Position numbers and translations under genes: made by a program
Notes under the pieces: generated by a model
What the model saw: the letters and a program-made list of their open reading frames with translations, nothing else
Databases searched by the model: none
What the model was told of the DNA's origin: nothing
Assembly (NCBI GenBank): GCA_041618195.1
Contig: JBFJNL010000002.1
Location: 1-40,766, forward strand
DNA length: 40,766 nt
From: Thermoplasmatota archaeon
Lineage (GTDB): Archaea; Thermoplasmatota; E2; JACPAO01; JAHFTW01
Reading direction: 5' to 3'
Shown: piece by piece, positions 40,647 through 40,766 of the stretch
How the letters are laid out: every line of letters begins with the position of its first letter
Numbering within the stretch: position 1 is the first letter of the stretch

Positions 40647-40766
40647 TCATTGCGGCAGGTCGGCGAAGACGCGGCCTGCTTCCTCCGTCGTGTTGAACGT
40701 CTGGATAGGGGCTGGCGCTTTTCCCAGCGCGATCAGGCGGTGGGTCCAGCGCGGGGTCGCGACGCC
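40647..40766 (-). CDS. 3' end of a CDS continuing beyond the window (39 codons + stop)
   Basis: Minus-strand frame from the window edge: GVATPRWTHRLIALGKAPAPIQTFNTTEEAGRVFADLPQ-stop (TGA = 40647-40649). Third-position GC is high. Too short for the ORF track. No family assigned. Confidence 0.4.
   Translation of the reverse strand, partial: GVATPRWTHRLIALGKAPAPIQTFNTTEEAGRVFADLPQ

Noticed and set aside
1-40766. CRISPR arrays, transposases/IS elements, integrases, prophage or known defence-system genes, rRNA/tRNA genes.
   Set aside because: Both strands and the ORF track were scanned. No regularly spaced repeats, no DDE/serine/tyrosine recombinase motifs, no Cas, RM, TA, Argonaute or other nuclease/NTPase signatures, and no rRNA/tRNA-like sequence were found.

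Overview
High-GC archaeal chromosomal segment. The archaeal hallmarks are aIF5B, the tRNA(Ile2) agmatidine synthetase TiaS and the diphthine-ammonia ligase Dph6. Several genes also have TATA-like boxes about 22-30 nt upstream of the start codon, which suggests leaderless transcripts. Gene content suggests a planktonic Thermoplasmatota-like euryarchaeon: lipobox S8 protease with a thrombospondin-type Ca repeat, Lys-rich basic proteins and many bacterial-type accessory genes. That placement is inference only.

The left third (1-12.4 kb) is housekeeping: ndk, infB/aIF5B, a co-directional hxlR / NDT-MazG fusion / dus / tiaS / small Cys-His protein string, nadE, a stand-alone NadE-type glutaminase and dph6. 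The remainder is an accessory patchwork. It contains copA, an orphan receiver protein, a GNAT-nitrilase fusion, a Zn-ADH and an HxlR-DoxX-nitroreductase-pirin electrophile/quinone module. It also contains GST, four SRPBCC paralogs, ABM-like proteins, an SRAP/YedK homolog, DUF2461, a SAM methyltransferase, TspO, LtrA, a glyoxalase, a DHA2-type MFS pump, DUF488, GNAT, DsbA, Tag glycosylase and several membrane proteins of unknown function.

I found no rRNA, tRNA, CRISPR array, transposase, integrase or recognisable defence system.

The most unusual items, all hypotheses that need database or structure searches:
1. A nucleoside-2-deoxyribosyltransferase/DNPH1-like + MazG-like fusion with a C-terminal PIP-box-like tail, translationally coupled to dus and tiaS.
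2. A stand-alone NadE-type glutaminase placed head-to-head with nadE and translationally coupled to dph6.
3. An SRAP homolog lacking the catalytic Cys2.
4. A DUF531/SPOUT-like domain with a 300-aa helical extension.
5. A GNAT-nitrilase gene whose conserved N-terminus has no canonical start codon.

Many long ORFs in the supplied track are antisense or shadow artefacts of the high GC content and were not called.
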